Shown: positions 37,663-47,785, counted from the first letter of the stretch. The stretch is DNA of 64,000 bases from an uncultured archaeon (GCA_963817525.1 CAWFOU010000007.1:928001-992000); one strand, 5' to 3'. Notes: generated from the sequence alone by a model not told the origin. A program made the numbers and translations.

Positions 37663-38211
37663 TCACCGAGGCTCGGAGCCAGGATGCGAAGGCCCGCCGC
37701 CCCTCTCGATCCCGAGCCTGCGGATGACGTAGCCCGCCGCCTGCTCCGGGGTCCCTCTGTCGGTGTGGACGAAGACGGCCCTCCGGGGCCTCTCGAAGGA
37801 GGCGCTGAGCCGGTCGAACGACTCGTCGGGGACGGTCGTCTCGCGATGAGAGTTCCTCACCCGAGCCACCTCCGGGTCGCAGAGGACGCAGACGACGTCC
37901 GAGGAGGAGCAGTACCTCGCCAGCTTCCCCTCAGCCTCGGCCCTGTACTCGTCCCTCAGGAAGGTCCCGTCGAGTATCGCGTCGTACCCGCTCTTGAGTG
38001 CCTGCCGCCCCACCAGGAACGCCGACTCGTATACGAACTTGGCCTCGGCCCACGTATACTCGGGCGCGGGGATCATGAACCTCAAGGCGTCGGTTTGGAC
38101 GTGCACCGCCCGCCCGAGGGCGGCCGCCACCATCCGGGCGATGGTCGTCTTCCCGCTGCCGGGTATGCCGCAGAAGATCAAGAGGCGACCCTTCGTCTTC
38201 GTGTCCTCCAA
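37663..38211 (-). CDS. P-loop nucleotide/nucleoside kinase (AAA_33-like)
   Basis: Start TTG 38211; CGIPGSGKTT, TDALR, ILDGTF; shares an AT-rich TATA region (38227-38233) with the divergent gene. Confidence 0.85.
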   Translation of the reverse strand: MEDTKTKGRLLIFCGIPGSGKTTIARMVAAALGRAVHVQTDALRFMIPAPEYTWAEAKFVYESAFLVGRQALKSGYDAILDGTFLRDEYRAEAEGKLARYCSSSDVVCVLCDPEVARVRNSHRETTVPDESFDRLSASFERPRRAVFVHTDRGTPEQAAGYVIRRLGIERGGGPSHPGSEPR

Positions 38212-38289
38212 CGACTCGTCGCCAGTATTAAACCGTCGGCCGGCCACGTGTCCGAACGGCCTTATAGGGCCGCGGGTCGCGTCGGCGGG

Positions 38290-38814
38290 TTGGAGCGGTT
38301 TCGCTACATCGGCTGGCCCGAGTACGGGCGGCTTTTGGAGAAGCTCGCCAAGCTGGTGGCCTCCGATGGGAAAGGGTTCGACCTCGTCATCGGGATCGCC
38401 AGGGGAGGCCTGCCCGTCGCGATGGTGGTCTCGGACCGCCTCGGGGCGAAGGTCGATTTCATCAACGTAAAGTCCTACAGCGGCCTGGGGGCGAGGGGAA
38501 AGCCGAAGATCCTCTCGACCATAACCGAGCAGATCCGGGGCGAGCGCATCCTCCTGGTGGACGACATCGTGGACGAGGGCCACACCCTCGTTACGGTGAC
38601 CGACTACCTCACGACGAAGGAGCCCGCCTCGATAAAGACCGCGGCGCTTTTCACCAAGCCCTGGAGCGTGGTCCACCCGGACTTCTCACTGGGCGTCCTG
38701 GACGCCTGGGTGGTCTTCCCCTACGAGCGGGGAGAGGTCAGGAGGCTCAGGGCGAGCGAGGGCAAGCGCCAGGCGCCCCAGACGAGGAGCGCCTCCACAC
38801 CGACCGCCGCCTAG
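38290..38814 (+). CDS. Purine phosphoribosyltransferase (type I PRT)
   Basis: [29 protein letters not shown]; the 5' part of track ORF 37633 is antisense shadow. Confidence 0.9.
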   Translation: MERFRYIGWPEYGRLLEKLAKLVASDGKGFDLVIGIARGGLPVAMVVSDRLGAKVDFINVKSYSGLGARGKPKILSTITEQIRGERILLVDDIVDEGHTLVTVTDYLTTKEPASIKTAALFTKPWSVVHPDFSLGVLDAWVVFPYERGEVRRLRASEGKRQAPQTRSASTPTAA

Positions 38815-40289
38815 GGTGGGCCGGGGGCACGCCGCGCGCCGCTCCTCCAGCGCATTGCGACCACCGCTCCGGCGACGACCACCACCGCGGCCACCGCTAC
38901 CAGGATCTCCGCGTACTCGTAGCTGTTGGTAGAAGGCTGGGCGAGGGGCTTCCCGGGCAGCCCCTGGGGCAGGGGGCCGAAGACCGTCCCGTTCGGGTAC
39001 GTCAGGGGGTACTGGTTGGCGACGAAAGGCCCGGGCAGGACGAGCGGGGCTCTGGGCGTCTGGCTAAAGTCGAAAGCGCCGGAGAGGTCGTTAGCGTGGG
39101 CGTCGCGCGAGGTGAGCGAGGGGAGTCCAAAGTCCGTCTCGATGAACTTGAGGATTGAGGTGAAGTCGCCCTGCGTGTTGTCGACGTACCCCTGCCTCGC
39201 GTAGGGCGAGATCACGATCAACGGGACCCTGAACCCGTAGCCATATTGGTCCACCTGCGGTGGCGGGACGTTGTCGTAGAACCCTCCCCAGTCGTCCCAC
39301 GTGAGGAAGATCGCGGTCGAGTTCCAGTACTGGCTCTTCATGACCGCATTGATCTCGGTGACGACGGTCTGCTCTCCCTGGGTGACGTTCGCCGGTGGCT
39401 CCTCGCTCGTCAGGTCGCTGTCTGGCATGACCCAGGAGACGCTGGGCAGGCTCCCGTTCTTGAGGTCGTTGATGAACTGGCCCGTCTCCCAGATGTTCTG
39501 CACGAGCGAGTCGTTGTTCTCGACGTACGGGAAAGCGGGTAGCGGGTTCCAATTGTTCAAGAATCCCGAGTCGCCCGCATAGTAGCGCCACGAGACGTGG
39601 GCCGCCACTAGCTCGTTGATGACTGACCTGAACGTAAAGTCGTCCGCCTTGACCGTGCTCGAGTTGAAGTTGAACACCCCATTCCTAGAGTCTAGCACGA
39701 GGCCTCCCGACTGCCCCGCCATGAGGTAGAGGTGGTTGGGAAGGCTGGGGCCCATGACCGAGCTGAAGAAGTCGTCAAAGAGGACGTACTGAGCCGCATA
39801 GTCCCAGTAGTAGGGGATGAGGTGGTAGTCGTAGTACCCCATGGAGACGTCCGACCCGTTCTGCGCGGCGATGAAGCCGTTCATGCCCCCGTCATCGTAC
39901 GCCTCGTGGGCGGCGGTCCAGCTGTTGTTGAGGTTCGCCTGGAGGACGGCGCTGGTGAAGAGGTACGGCTTCACCGCCGGAGGCCCTCCGGGCTTGTCGG
40001 GCACCGCCGTGTCATTGTAGAGGCCGTTGACCCCCGGATAGGTCCCGAAGTAGTTGTCGAAGGTGTGGTTCTCCTGGACGATTACGATCACGTGCTTGAT
40101 GGGGGTCGCTGCCGTTCCAGCCGTCGCGGCGCTTGCCGAGTGCGGGAGCGCCGATATGATGAGCAATGAGGCGACAATGGCCGCGCCGAGGCCAAGCTTC
40201 ATGCCGTGCCTGACTCCTCTCAATCGACGGCTACTCGCCCGCATCGCCGGATTCTGTTTTTTGAACCTTGCGGCCTTTCCCCGATTCAT
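38811..40289 (-). CDS. Membrane-anchored phosphoesterase (phospholipase C/AcpA family)
   Basis: [44 protein letters not shown]; signal peptide and C-terminal TM; start may be ATG 40202. Confidence 0.9.
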   Translation of the reverse strand: MNRGKAARFKKQNPAMRASSRRLRGVRHGMKLGLGAAIVASLLIISALPHSASAATAGTAATPIKHVIVIVQENHTFDNYFGTYPGVNGLYNDTAVPDKPGGPPAVKPYLFTSAVLQANLNNSWTAAHEAYDDGGMNGFIAAQNGSDVSMGYYDYHLIPYYWDYAAQYVLFDDFFSSVMGPSLPNHLYLMAGQSGGLVLDSRNGVFNFNSSTVKADDFTFRSVINELVAAHVSWRYYAGDSGFLNNWNPLPAFPYVENNDSLVQNIWETGQFINDLKNGSLPSVSWVMPDSDLTSEEPPANVTQGEQTVVTEINAVMKSQYWNSTAIFLTWDDWGGFYDNVPPPQVDQYGYGFRVPLIVISPYARQGYVDNTQGDFTSILKFIETDFGLPSLTSRDAHANDLSGAFDFSQTPRAPLVLPGPFVANQYPLTYPNGTVFGPLPQGLPGKPLAQPSTNSYEYAEILVAVAAVVVVAGAVVAMRWRSGARRAPGPP

Positions 40290-40353
40290 CTCCGTCCAGA
40301 ATTAGCACGAGCGCGTTTCAAAAGTTAAATAACAATTTGACGTCGAAAAGACG

Positions 40354-41967
40354 TTGGCCGAGGGGAAGCGGGAGGAAGCTTCGCCGGCACCAACGATGTT
40401 TGTCCGGGAGGCCACCGGCCTCGTGAAGCAGGCCTCATTCCTTGACTCTCTCAGCCTGAACATCAGCAACATGTCCGCGGGGGCCGCCCTCGGGACCATT
40501 GGGTTCACAATGATCGCCGTGGACGTCAGCGGGGTCAACCTCGCCTACGGTGCCCTCATCGCCTTCGCGCTCTCCATCCCGGAAATAGTAGTCTACACCA
40601 TGATGAGCAGGCGCATGCCCAGGACGGGCGGGGACTACGTGTGGGTCTCCAGGGCCCTCGGCGGGTTCTGGGGGAGCTCGCTCTCGTTCATGGGCTACAC
40701 GCTCGAGACCCTCGCGTTCCTCGCGCTCATCGTCCTCTCGTTCGTCGTCGCAGTCGGCTCGGTCGGCGTCTTCCTCACTAACGGGGCCGGCTCGTGGCTC
40801 AACCTGGCCGTGCCGGGGGCCGCGCCCCTCGAACAGTTCGCGGTCGGCATCGTCCTCTTCGCGGCGCTGATAGGTGTGAACGTAGTGAAGCCGCGCATAG
40901 GGTTCAAGCTGGTCTCAACGCTGACCGTGATCAGCGTCGTCATACTCCTGATAGCCGTGTTCACGCTCTTGGCGAACGGCCACCAGGGCGTGGTCAACTA
41001 CATGAGCTCGGTGAACGCCTCCGAGCCCTTCGTCGTCCCCAACGTCCACTCGGGGAACCTGACCTACTCGCAGGTCTCGAGCACGTACCAGGGGTCGAGC
41101 TTCTCCTTCGGCCCCACCCTGCTCATCTTGCCCTTCTTCGCGATATTCGTCTTCCCCTGGCTGAACGCGGCCCCCGCGGTCGCGTCGGAGATCAAGGGGA
41201 AGTCCGCCATAAAGTGGAACATCCCCGTATCCGCAGCCATAGTCCTGGTCTTGATAGCCGGGGCCTTCGAGGCGATGTACTACGCGGGAGGGGTGCCCTT
41301 CATCAATGCCGCGCTCCACAACCCCGACCTCGTCGTCTACTACTCCTTTAACTTCTGGACGCTCGCGATGGGGGTGACCACCAGCGTCCCCCTCCAGTAC
41401 ATCATCGGCATAGGGTGGATACTGTGGGAGGTGGCAGTCCTCGCCTACGGGATAATCGTCTTCTCCAGGTACATCTTCGCCTACGCCTTTGACAGGTTCC
41501 TCCCGACCAGCTTCGCAAACCTCAGCCGCTTCGGCTCGCCGCTGACGGCCCACCTCCTCGACCTGCTGGTCACCATCGGGCTCGTCGCTGCGTTCGCCTC
41601 CTTCTACGGGAGCCTGTCCGCGCTCTATGCCGCCGTGATCGCCGCGATGATCTACTTCTTCTTCGTCGGAATCTCCGCTGTCGTCTACGCCAACAAGCAC
41701 GAGAAGGGGAGCTCGAAGGGGACGCTCTCGATAGCCGGGGTGCTCATGTCGCTCGTCTTCCTCTTCATCATCTACGAGTTCATCGCCAACCCGACGGTCT
41801 GGGGGACGTCAGCGACGGTGGCGGGGATACCCGGGACCGACTTTGCGTACGCCTATGCCGCAGGCTCCTTCGTCGCCGGGGCGATCATCTACCTCGTGTC
41901 CAAGTCCTACTACGGCAAGCGCGGCATCGACATCGGGATAGCCTACAAGGAAATCCCGCCCGACTGA
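40354..41967 (+). CDS. APC-family amino acid permease
   Basis: FVREATGLVK, MPRTGGDYVWVSR, ASEIK, SRYIFAYAFDRFLP, YKEIPPD. Confidence 0.9.
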   Translation: MAEGKREEASPAPTMFVREATGLVKQASFLDSLSLNISNMSAGAALGTIGFTMIAVDVSGVNLAYGALIAFALSIPEIVVYTMMSRRMPRTGGDYVWVSRALGGFWGSSLSFMGYTLETLAFLALIVLSFVVAVGSVGVFLTNGAGSWLNLAVPGAAPLEQFAVGIVLFAALIGVNVVKPRIGFKLVSTLTVISVVILLIAVFTLLANGHQGVVNYMSSVNASEPFVVPNVHSGNLTYSQVSSTYQGSSFSFGPTLLILPFFAIFVFPWLNAAPAVASEIKGKSAIKWNIPVSAAIVLVLIAGAFEAMYYAGGVPFINAALHNPDLVVYYSFNFWTLAMGVTTSVPLQYIIGIGWILWEVAVLAYGIIVFSRYIFAYAFDRFLPTSFANLSRFGSPLTAHLLDLLVTIGLVAAFASFYGSLSALYAAVIAAMIYFFFVGISAVVYANKHEKGSSKGTLSIAGVLMSLVFLFIIYEFIANPTVWGTSATVAGIPGTDFAYAYAAGSFVAGAIIYLVSKSYYGKRGIDIGIAYKEIPPD

Positions 41968-42083
41968 GCGACGAGTCCAAGCATGGAGATCACGAGGCCA
42001 AATCCCAGAGTTCTCAGCCCGAGCGATGCGGCGACAGTTTATTCCTCGCCCCGCTTCGGCAAACAACCTTTCGGGTATTCGCC

Positions 42084-42611
42084 CTAAACAGGCTCCACGG
42101 TTCGAAGCAACTGCAGCAATGAGAAAGGCTTTTGCAGAAACGAGAACCCCAAGGCCTTGGCCTCGTGCCTGACAGAGTCATCAGCTGTCGTGATGATTAC
42201 CTTCACATTGGGCCTCAACGCCGTTATTAGTTTGGCGACCTCGATGCCGTTTTTCCCTGGCAAGCGGAAGTCCATTATCACCACATCCGGGGGTGCACTT
42301 CCTTCAGAGACCGCCCGCACAAAATCTTCGCCGTTGAGAAATGTCGATATCCAGTCATATCCGAGACCCTCGAGGAAGGTCAAGTACACTGTGAGCAAAT
42401 CCTGTTCGTCTTCGACTATCGATATCCTAGTCTCTTGCCTGGTTCGGCTCGCACCCTTCACTTTTCCGGGGGGTGTGGATTGGAGGTCGTGCGCTCGAAG
42501 GAACGGGCCATCCACCACGTGGTGCGAGGCCGGGTCGCCTTGGTAGAGCAAAGAAGAGGCGGTTTTTCTTTCCCCAGAGGGAATCTGGATCGTTATTTCC
42601 TCGGTAGCCAT
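42084..42611 (-). CDS. Stand-alone response regulator (REC)
   Basis: IVEDE, DVVIMDFRLPGKNG, ITTAD, FLQKPF; start uncertain. Confidence 0.87.
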   Translation of the reverse strand: MATEEITIQIPSGERKTASSLLYQGDPASHHVVDGPFLRAHDLQSTPPGKVKGASRTRQETRISIVEDEQDLLTVYLTFLEGLGYDWISTFLNGEDFVRAVSEGSAPPDVVIMDFRLPGKNGIEVAKLITALRPNVKVIITTADDSVRHEAKALGFSFLQKPFSLLQLLRTVEPV

Positions 42612-44413
42612 ATTTCCACCACCGTTCCCTTTGTATAGTCGCCCTCGACCCTATTTCTGAGCTCGATCTTCCCGGAGTAACGGTCGACGACCAGCGCCCG
42701 AACGATTGACAGGCCGAGCCCCCTGCCTTTCGTCGTTCCAAGATACCTCGTGAACACGCCAGGCTTGCTCTCGTCAGGTATGCCCCTCCCATGGTCGCTG
42801 ATCGAGACCTTCCAGAACCTCCTGACTAGGGACTTGTCTGACTCCTCTTTTGCCTCGACCTCGACCCCGATGGGAACCTCGCTTCCGTCGGTGTTCTTCA
42901 CCGCGTTCGAAAAGATGTTGACAAAGACCTGGTCCAGCAGCGAGTCGGCGATGACCTCGGGGTGATCGATGTCTCCAATGGATACCTCCACCCTCTTTTC
43001 AGGAAACGCGCTTTTGACCAAGGAGAGCGACCGTTCAAGTGACTCGCGAAGGCTGACGGCTGTGAGGACCACGCTCTCGCCCGAAGTCATGTCCGCTAGC
43101 ATCCTCGCCTTCTGAATAAGATCCGTAGAACCGTCTACTGCCTTCTCGATGGAGTCGACGAACCGCTTCGATTTCTCGTCCGAGACGCTATTTTGAAGCA
43201 GTTCTGCATTCGCCCTTGTGATCTGGTTGTAGTTCCGGATGTCGTGAGTCAGGATGTCCTGCAGCAGCAGTGAAGTATTCAGACTCCTCTCCAAGTCTTT
43301 TGTCCTCTCTTTCACAATCTCGGACAGCGACCTATTGCGTCTGACGATGACAAGAGAGGTCACCAAGGCCGCCACTATAACTCCGAGTATAGCAGAGAAT
43401 GTGAGGAACCGCAACTGGTTAATCTCAGCTACTTGCGAAGCTGCCAGTGTGCTCGGGACTGTGACATATACGACGGCGAAGACTCCTTGATTGGACTCGT
43501 TGGCGATCACGTCACGATAAAGTATAGGCTCGCTCGCAAGAGCCGAGGTCACCCCATCGTAGACAAAATTTCGTAGGGCGGGCGAACCGCTCAAAGAATC
43601 GTTGACGAATCCATAGAATTCTCCCCTGATGGACGGCGGAAGCTGTGCCTCGATGGTAGGGTCGTAGAGGTTTTTCCCGATACTCTGGGTCGAGCTGCCG
43701 TAGAGCACGGTGCCGTTATAGTTCACCACGCCCAGGGTGCCCTGCGTCTGGGGCGCCAACTGACTTTTTACAAGGGCCCCAAGATTTCCGAGGCTGACCC
43801 CGACCGCGATTATGCCGACGAAATTCTTTTCACCCGCACCGCTCGCATTTTGGTAAGCGTACACGGGCTGGGCGAATACGATTACCGTCTTGTTGAGGAG
43901 GATCGAGAAGTATTCCGGATCGATGAAAGTCGCGCCCAATTCCTTCGCTCCGAGGAACCATGGCTGCTGACTGTTGTTTTGCCCTTCCTTGATGGCTATC
44001 TCAAGGCTAGTCCCATTACTTGAACCAACGAGTCTGCCAGACGCGTCGCTGAGGCCGTAGCCGGTGGTGATGTTGCCAGTCGTGCTTTGAGCTTTGGCGA
44101 GGAGGGGCTGCACCTCGGTGAGGTTCAATGCCTGTATGCCGGGAGAGGCCGAGAGGACCAAAAGGTTGTTCGTGACAGCGCGCATGTTGGAAGCCAGTAT
44201 GTTCGCCATATCGTGAACCTCGACCTGAGCGTTGGTATCCGTGGCGGCTACCGCTGAAGCTTGGACGTTCGCTGTCGAGGAAGTGAAGAACGCCAGAACA
44301 GACAGTGATAGCACCAGCGCAGCCACGAGAATGATGGCGAGGGATACCCATGAGGGAGGTCTTGGCTTGAAGCGATTGCTAGTCCGCTGCCCACTACCTG
44401 GGTTCTCTGCCAT
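42593..44413 (-). CDS. Membrane sensor histidine kinase with extracellular Cache-like domain
   Basis: Two TM; H-box ILTHDIRNYNQ, N-box NIFSNAVK, DHGRGI, GRGLGLSIV. Confidence 0.92.
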   Translation of the reverse strand: MAENPGSGQRTSNRFKPRPPSWVSLAIILVAALVLSLSVLAFFTSSTANVQASAVAATDTNAQVEVHDMANILASNMRAVTNNLLVLSASPGIQALNLTEVQPLLAKAQSTTGNITTGYGLSDASGRLVGSSNGTSLEIAIKEGQNNSQQPWFLGAKELGATFIDPEYFSILLNKTVIVFAQPVYAYQNASGAGEKNFVGIIAVGVSLGNLGALVKSQLAPQTQGTLGVVNYNGTVLYGSSTQSIGKNLYDPTIEAQLPPSIRGEFYGFVNDSLSGSPALRNFVYDGVTSALASEPILYRDVIANESNQGVFAVVYVTVPSTLAASQVAEINQLRFLTFSAILGVIVAALVTSLVIVRRNRSLSEIVKERTKDLERSLNTSLLLQDILTHDIRNYNQITRANAELLQNSVSDEKSKRFVDSIEKAVDGSTDLIQKARMLADMTSGESVVLTAVSLRESLERSLSLVKSAFPEKRVEVSIGDIDHPEVIADSLLDQVFVNIFSNAVKNTDGSEVPIGVEVEAKEESDKSLVRRFWKVSISDHGRGIPDESKPGVFTRYLGTTKGRGLGLSIVRALVVDRYSGKIELRNRVEGDYTKGTVVEIWLPRK

Positions 44414-44569
44414 GTCTGCCTAGGTTCCTTGTAAGGCGCAGCTAGAATCGAGGTATAAAGGAGGGCTGGCAGCGACTGCAGACGACCGCCGATGACGGAG
44501 TTCGCAGCGTCAAGTGACTACGATATCAACGCACCTCGAACACCCAGGAGCTCCAATGGAACTCCAAAG

Positions 44570-44603
44570 CTGAAAAATTGTAGAGGGGACCTCAGCGGTC
44601 CCC
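44570..44603 (-). terminator. Hairpin plus T-tract after the small stress genes
   Basis: GGGGACC-N5-GGTCCCC (44585-44603) followed on the minus strand by TTTTT. Confidence 0.5.
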
Positions 44604-44750
44604 CTGTTTCTTCTTGTTCTTGTTCACCGTCGCCCAACCGACCCTCTCAGCCCTTTCGGGGGACATCCCACGTTCCTCTTCCGACTCCTTTACGTGCTCT
44701 GCCTCCCGATGCTCCTTGGCCGTGAACCTATGACCCTTGCCCTCTGGCAT
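44592..44750 (-). CDS. 52-aa ChaB-like / 'plasmid stabilization'-annotated general stress protein
   Basis: Manual: MPEGKGHRFTAKEHREAEHVKESEEERGMSPERAERVGWATVNKNKKKQGDR matches R.AEH...E.RG.S...AE...WATVNK; GGAGGTGA ribosome-binding site upstream. Confidence 0.75.
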   Translation of the reverse strand: MPEGKGHRFTAKEHREAEHVKESEEERGMSPERAERVGWATVNKNKKKQGDR

Positions 44751-44814
44751 GACTGTCACCTCCATCCAACCGGGACCAGCGCGAACTCACAACGTTAAGC
44801 GGGGTTGACCTTGC

Positions 44815-44979
44815 TCATATCTTCCTCTTTGCTTTTCCAACCGCTTGTTCGATTTCCCCCTCGACTTTTTCGCCTGCTCCTCTGACTCTCTCCGACTTAT
44901 CACCAGTTGCCTTGCCAGTCTCTTCACGAGCGGCGCCCTCGATTCTTTTTCGCTTTCCCTCCAACTCGGTGTTGTTCAT
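44815..44979 (-). CDS. csbD: CsbD-family general stress protein (54 aa)
   Basis: Manual: MNNTELEGKRKRIEGAAREETGKATGDKSERVRGAGEKVEGEIEQAVGKAKRKI; ATAAAA about 28 bp upstream. Confidence 0.85.
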   Translation of the reverse strand: MNNTELEGKRKRIEGAAREETGKATGDKSERVRGAGEKVEGEIEQAVGKAKRKI

Positions 44980-45262
44980 GCCCTTATTCTACGAGCCAAA
45001 GCTTTTATTTCAGACGCAGAAAGTTACGTAGCTGTTTTCTGCGGGGATGGTGCATTTTCCGGTCGTCTCTCACGACAAAATGAACGAAATCTTCCGCGGC
45101 GCACCCACGACGGGTACTTCGGATTGCGGTTAGTACTTTTCCTTGTGGGTCGCCGCACCCGACGCAATGACAGGGCACGTGGCAGTCGAGCTACAAAAAA
45201 ATCTGAATGAGATTTGGCGAGCAGGGAGTTCGGGTTTGTACTGCCGCGAGACCGGGTTGAGC

Positions 45263-45535
45263 CTAATCGTCTGCCATTGCGAATATGCTTATCACTGCGA
45301 CGGCAAGAAAGGCGATTCCGGCAAGGAAGAAACTGCCTGTGATAAACCAGATGAGGGCCGCCACAAGGATAGCAGGCAGCATGACCAGGGCGGCAGCCAC
45401 CAGGACCAAGATTATCAGTGCCCCCAGCACAAGAAGTATGATCCCACCGAAGGTTCCGGCCATGCCATTGAGGAAACTCGCTCCCACTTGTAGCGCCTGA
45501 ATCACGGCTATCAAAATGGCGTACAAGATCATCAT
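45263..45535 (-). CDS. Small hydrophobic membrane protein
   Basis: 90 aa, almost wholly TM; TTATA upstream. Confidence 0.65.
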   Translation of the reverse strand: MMILYAILIAVIQALQVGASFLNGMAGTFGGIILLVLGALIILVLVAAALVMLPAILVAALIWFITGSFFLAGIAFLAVAVISIFAMADD

Positions 45536-45650
45536 TTATCCGAAAACCACTTTCGCGGTGCAAGTGACTGGCGCTTACTATAATGATTGTCAAATTCTTA
45601 ACTAAGATTTTTCTCGGCGCTCAGGATCACACTTTAACCCGTGGATTGAA

Positions 45651-45848
45651 ATGGAAAGACAACAGCTGACGTGCAAACTATGCGGGCGGACCTTCAACTT
45701 TTCAGACGAGTTGAACAGGCACAACAACAAAGTCCACGGCTCATCGAGCTCGGGCCGTGACGCCGACAAAGGCAGAGATGGTCAGACTGACTATCAAAGC
45801 GGCGGCCGGAGCATGAGCTCGGGATCGAGTAGAAGCAACCACGATTAA
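45651..45848 (+). CDS. C2H2 zinc-finger microprotein
   Basis: LTCKLCGRTFNFSDELNRHNNKVH. Confidence 0.75.
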   Translation: MERQQLTCKLCGRTFNFSDELNRHNNKVHGSSSSGRDADKGRDGQTDYQSGGRSMSSGSSRSNHD

Positions 45849-46174
45849 GGGACCAAGGTTCCTCTTCGGAAGACGACCAACAGCCAAACGGGAAGAGCCG
45901 AAGGAAGGGCAGCAACAAGAGAGCGTAGATTCTCTAGCCCTTCTCTTCGGGTTTTCCAACCGTCGCCGAGCAAATCGTCGCAAGCCAGCGCGAGGTAAAG
46001 TCAGAGGAGGGAGGCTGGACTGAACAGAAATCTTGTGGCCTGGTAGAGAAGTATTTGGGGTCCGTAGGAATCTTATTGTAAATTTCACCTATGAAACATA
46101 ACGCCAAATCTGCTGAAATAATATTAAGGGTAATTCAGTACGTATGCTTAACTTGTTTGCCTGAATACCGGAGC

Positions 46175-47785
46175 ATGTCTGCTCCCTCGGCCAAAGAAAC
46201 CCTCTTTCACACGTCGGTGATTGCTGCCCTTATGCTTCTGCTCTTGCCTGCCTTCTTCGCGGGCCCAGCGCTGGCTTCTACCGCTTCAAGCGTCACGGTA
46301 AATTCTGTTAATCAGGATGCCGCGACGATCACCGGGTACCGCACGGTGCTGTTCGCTTCGAACGGCACCATCCTCGCTGAAAGCTTCACGCCGAGCACAT
46401 TCACAACGACAGCAGGGGACAGCTACAGCGTACAGTCAGATAGCTACGGGAGCTGCACCTTCACGAGCTGGTCAGACGGCGTCACGAACAATCCGCGGGC
46501 ATTCACGGCCACCAGCTCGGCGGTCACATTCACTGCGGAGTACAACTGTACCGGTAGTTCGGCCACGTCGAGCGCGACGGTCGACTCGGTCAATCAGAAT
46601 GGCACAAGCATCCCCAACTACCCGACGACGCTCTACGCCTCGAACGGGACCGCGATCAAGAGTGGCCTCACTCCCCAGACATACACCACCACCGTAGGCG
46701 ACAGCTATGGCGTGAGCGCGGAGAGCAGCGGACCATGCACTTTCACCAATTGGTCTGACGGTGTGACAAGCGATCCAAGGTCGTTCACGGCCACCAGCTC
46801 GGCGGTCACCTTCACGGCCGTCTATGACTGCAGCACCACTACGCCTTCACAATCCACGGTCTCCGTCAGTTCGGAAAATCAGTTCGGGAACACAATCACC
46901 GGTTACTATACCGCTCTCTTCAACTCGAGCGAGAAGGTTGTGGCGTCGGGGTTCACTCCGGCCAAGTTCAACACCACGTCAGGCCAATCATACAGCCTGG
47001 TGGCCGATGGTTACGGGAGCTGCACCTTCACGAGCTGGTCAGACGGCGTCACCAGCGATCCGAGATCATTCACAGCCACCAGCTCCAATCTAGCGTTCAT
47101 AGCACAGTACGACTGTGCGGGCGCATCCGAATACTCGCACCTTGCGGTGAGTTCTGTGAACGAGGATGGAAGTGCGATAACGGGCTACGCGATCACGATC
47201 TTCAACTCCGACGGGGCAAAACTAGCTTCAGGAACCACCCCGCTCAGCTTTGCCACAACTATAGGCCAGTCATACGAGGTCCAGGCAGGCAATGGCACCG
47301 GGAGCGGAGGAAGCTGCACCTTCAGCTTCTGGGTCGCCAACAGCACCTCCGATCTCCCAATAACGTTCACCGCGACAAGTTCGAATCAGACTCTTCCTGC
47401 GGCATACAATTGTAACAACGGCGGTTCGACCAGCATCACGGTCTATGCACACAGGATACCCGCGGGTTACTGGGCTGCTTGCTTTGCCACTGTATGCGCC
47501 GCTGGGACGGGTCCCGGCGCTTCGATGTACTTCGCGTTGATTAACGCGGGCGGAACGGTCGTGGCGACAGGCTTCGCCAATGAGAACGGCTTGACGTTCA
47601 CTGGTCTGGTCGCCGGAGCCACCTACTACCTGCAGGCGGACGATTGTGACGGATGTCACGGCTCGACCCACGACGTGCTATTCAATCATTGGGGGAACAA
47701 TGACACTACCGACCCCATCGCAATCGTGGCCGGGAGCAGCATCGACGCGTGGTACAACTGCACGAATGGATGCGGTGGCGACTAG
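46175..47785 (+). CDS. Secreted repeat protein: 4 tandem disulfide-bearing ~87-aa repeats plus Cys-rich terminal domain
   Basis: Signal peptide after ATG 46175; repeats V.SVNQ...ITGY...FTP..F.TT.G.SY.V...YGSCTFTSWSDG...PR.FTATSS....A.Y.C. Confidence 0.82.
   Translation: MSAPSAKETLFHTSVIAALMLLLLPAFFAGPALASTASSVTVNSVNQDAATITGYRTVLFASNGTILAESFTPSTFTTTAGDSYSVQSDSYGSCTFTSWSDGVTNNPRAFTATSSAVTFTAEYNCTGSSATSSATVDSVNQNGTSIPNYPTTLYASNGTAIKSGLTPQTYTTTVGDSYGVSAESSGPCTFTNWSDGVTSDPRSFTATSSAVTFTAVYDCSTTTPSQSTVSVSSENQFGNTITGYYTALFNSSEKVVASGFTPAKFNTTSGQSYSLVADGYGSCTFTSWSDGVTSDPRSFTATSSNLAFIAQYDCAGASEYSHLAVSSVNEDGSAITGYAITIFNSDGAKLASGTTPLSFATTIGQSYEVQAGNGTGSGGSCTFSFWVANSTSDLPITFTATSSNQTLPAAYNCNNGGSTSITVYAHRIPAGYWAACFATVCAAGTGPGASMYFALINAGGTVVATGFANENGLTFTGLVAGATYYLQADDCDGCHGSTHDVLFNHWGNNDTTDPIAIVAGSSIDAWYNCTNGCGGD

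Noticed and set aside
37633-38676. Apparent 393-aa and 337-aa fusion proteins
   Set aside because: Each is the antisense shadow of the other gene. The real kinase and PRT genes diverge from the AT-rich box at about 38230.
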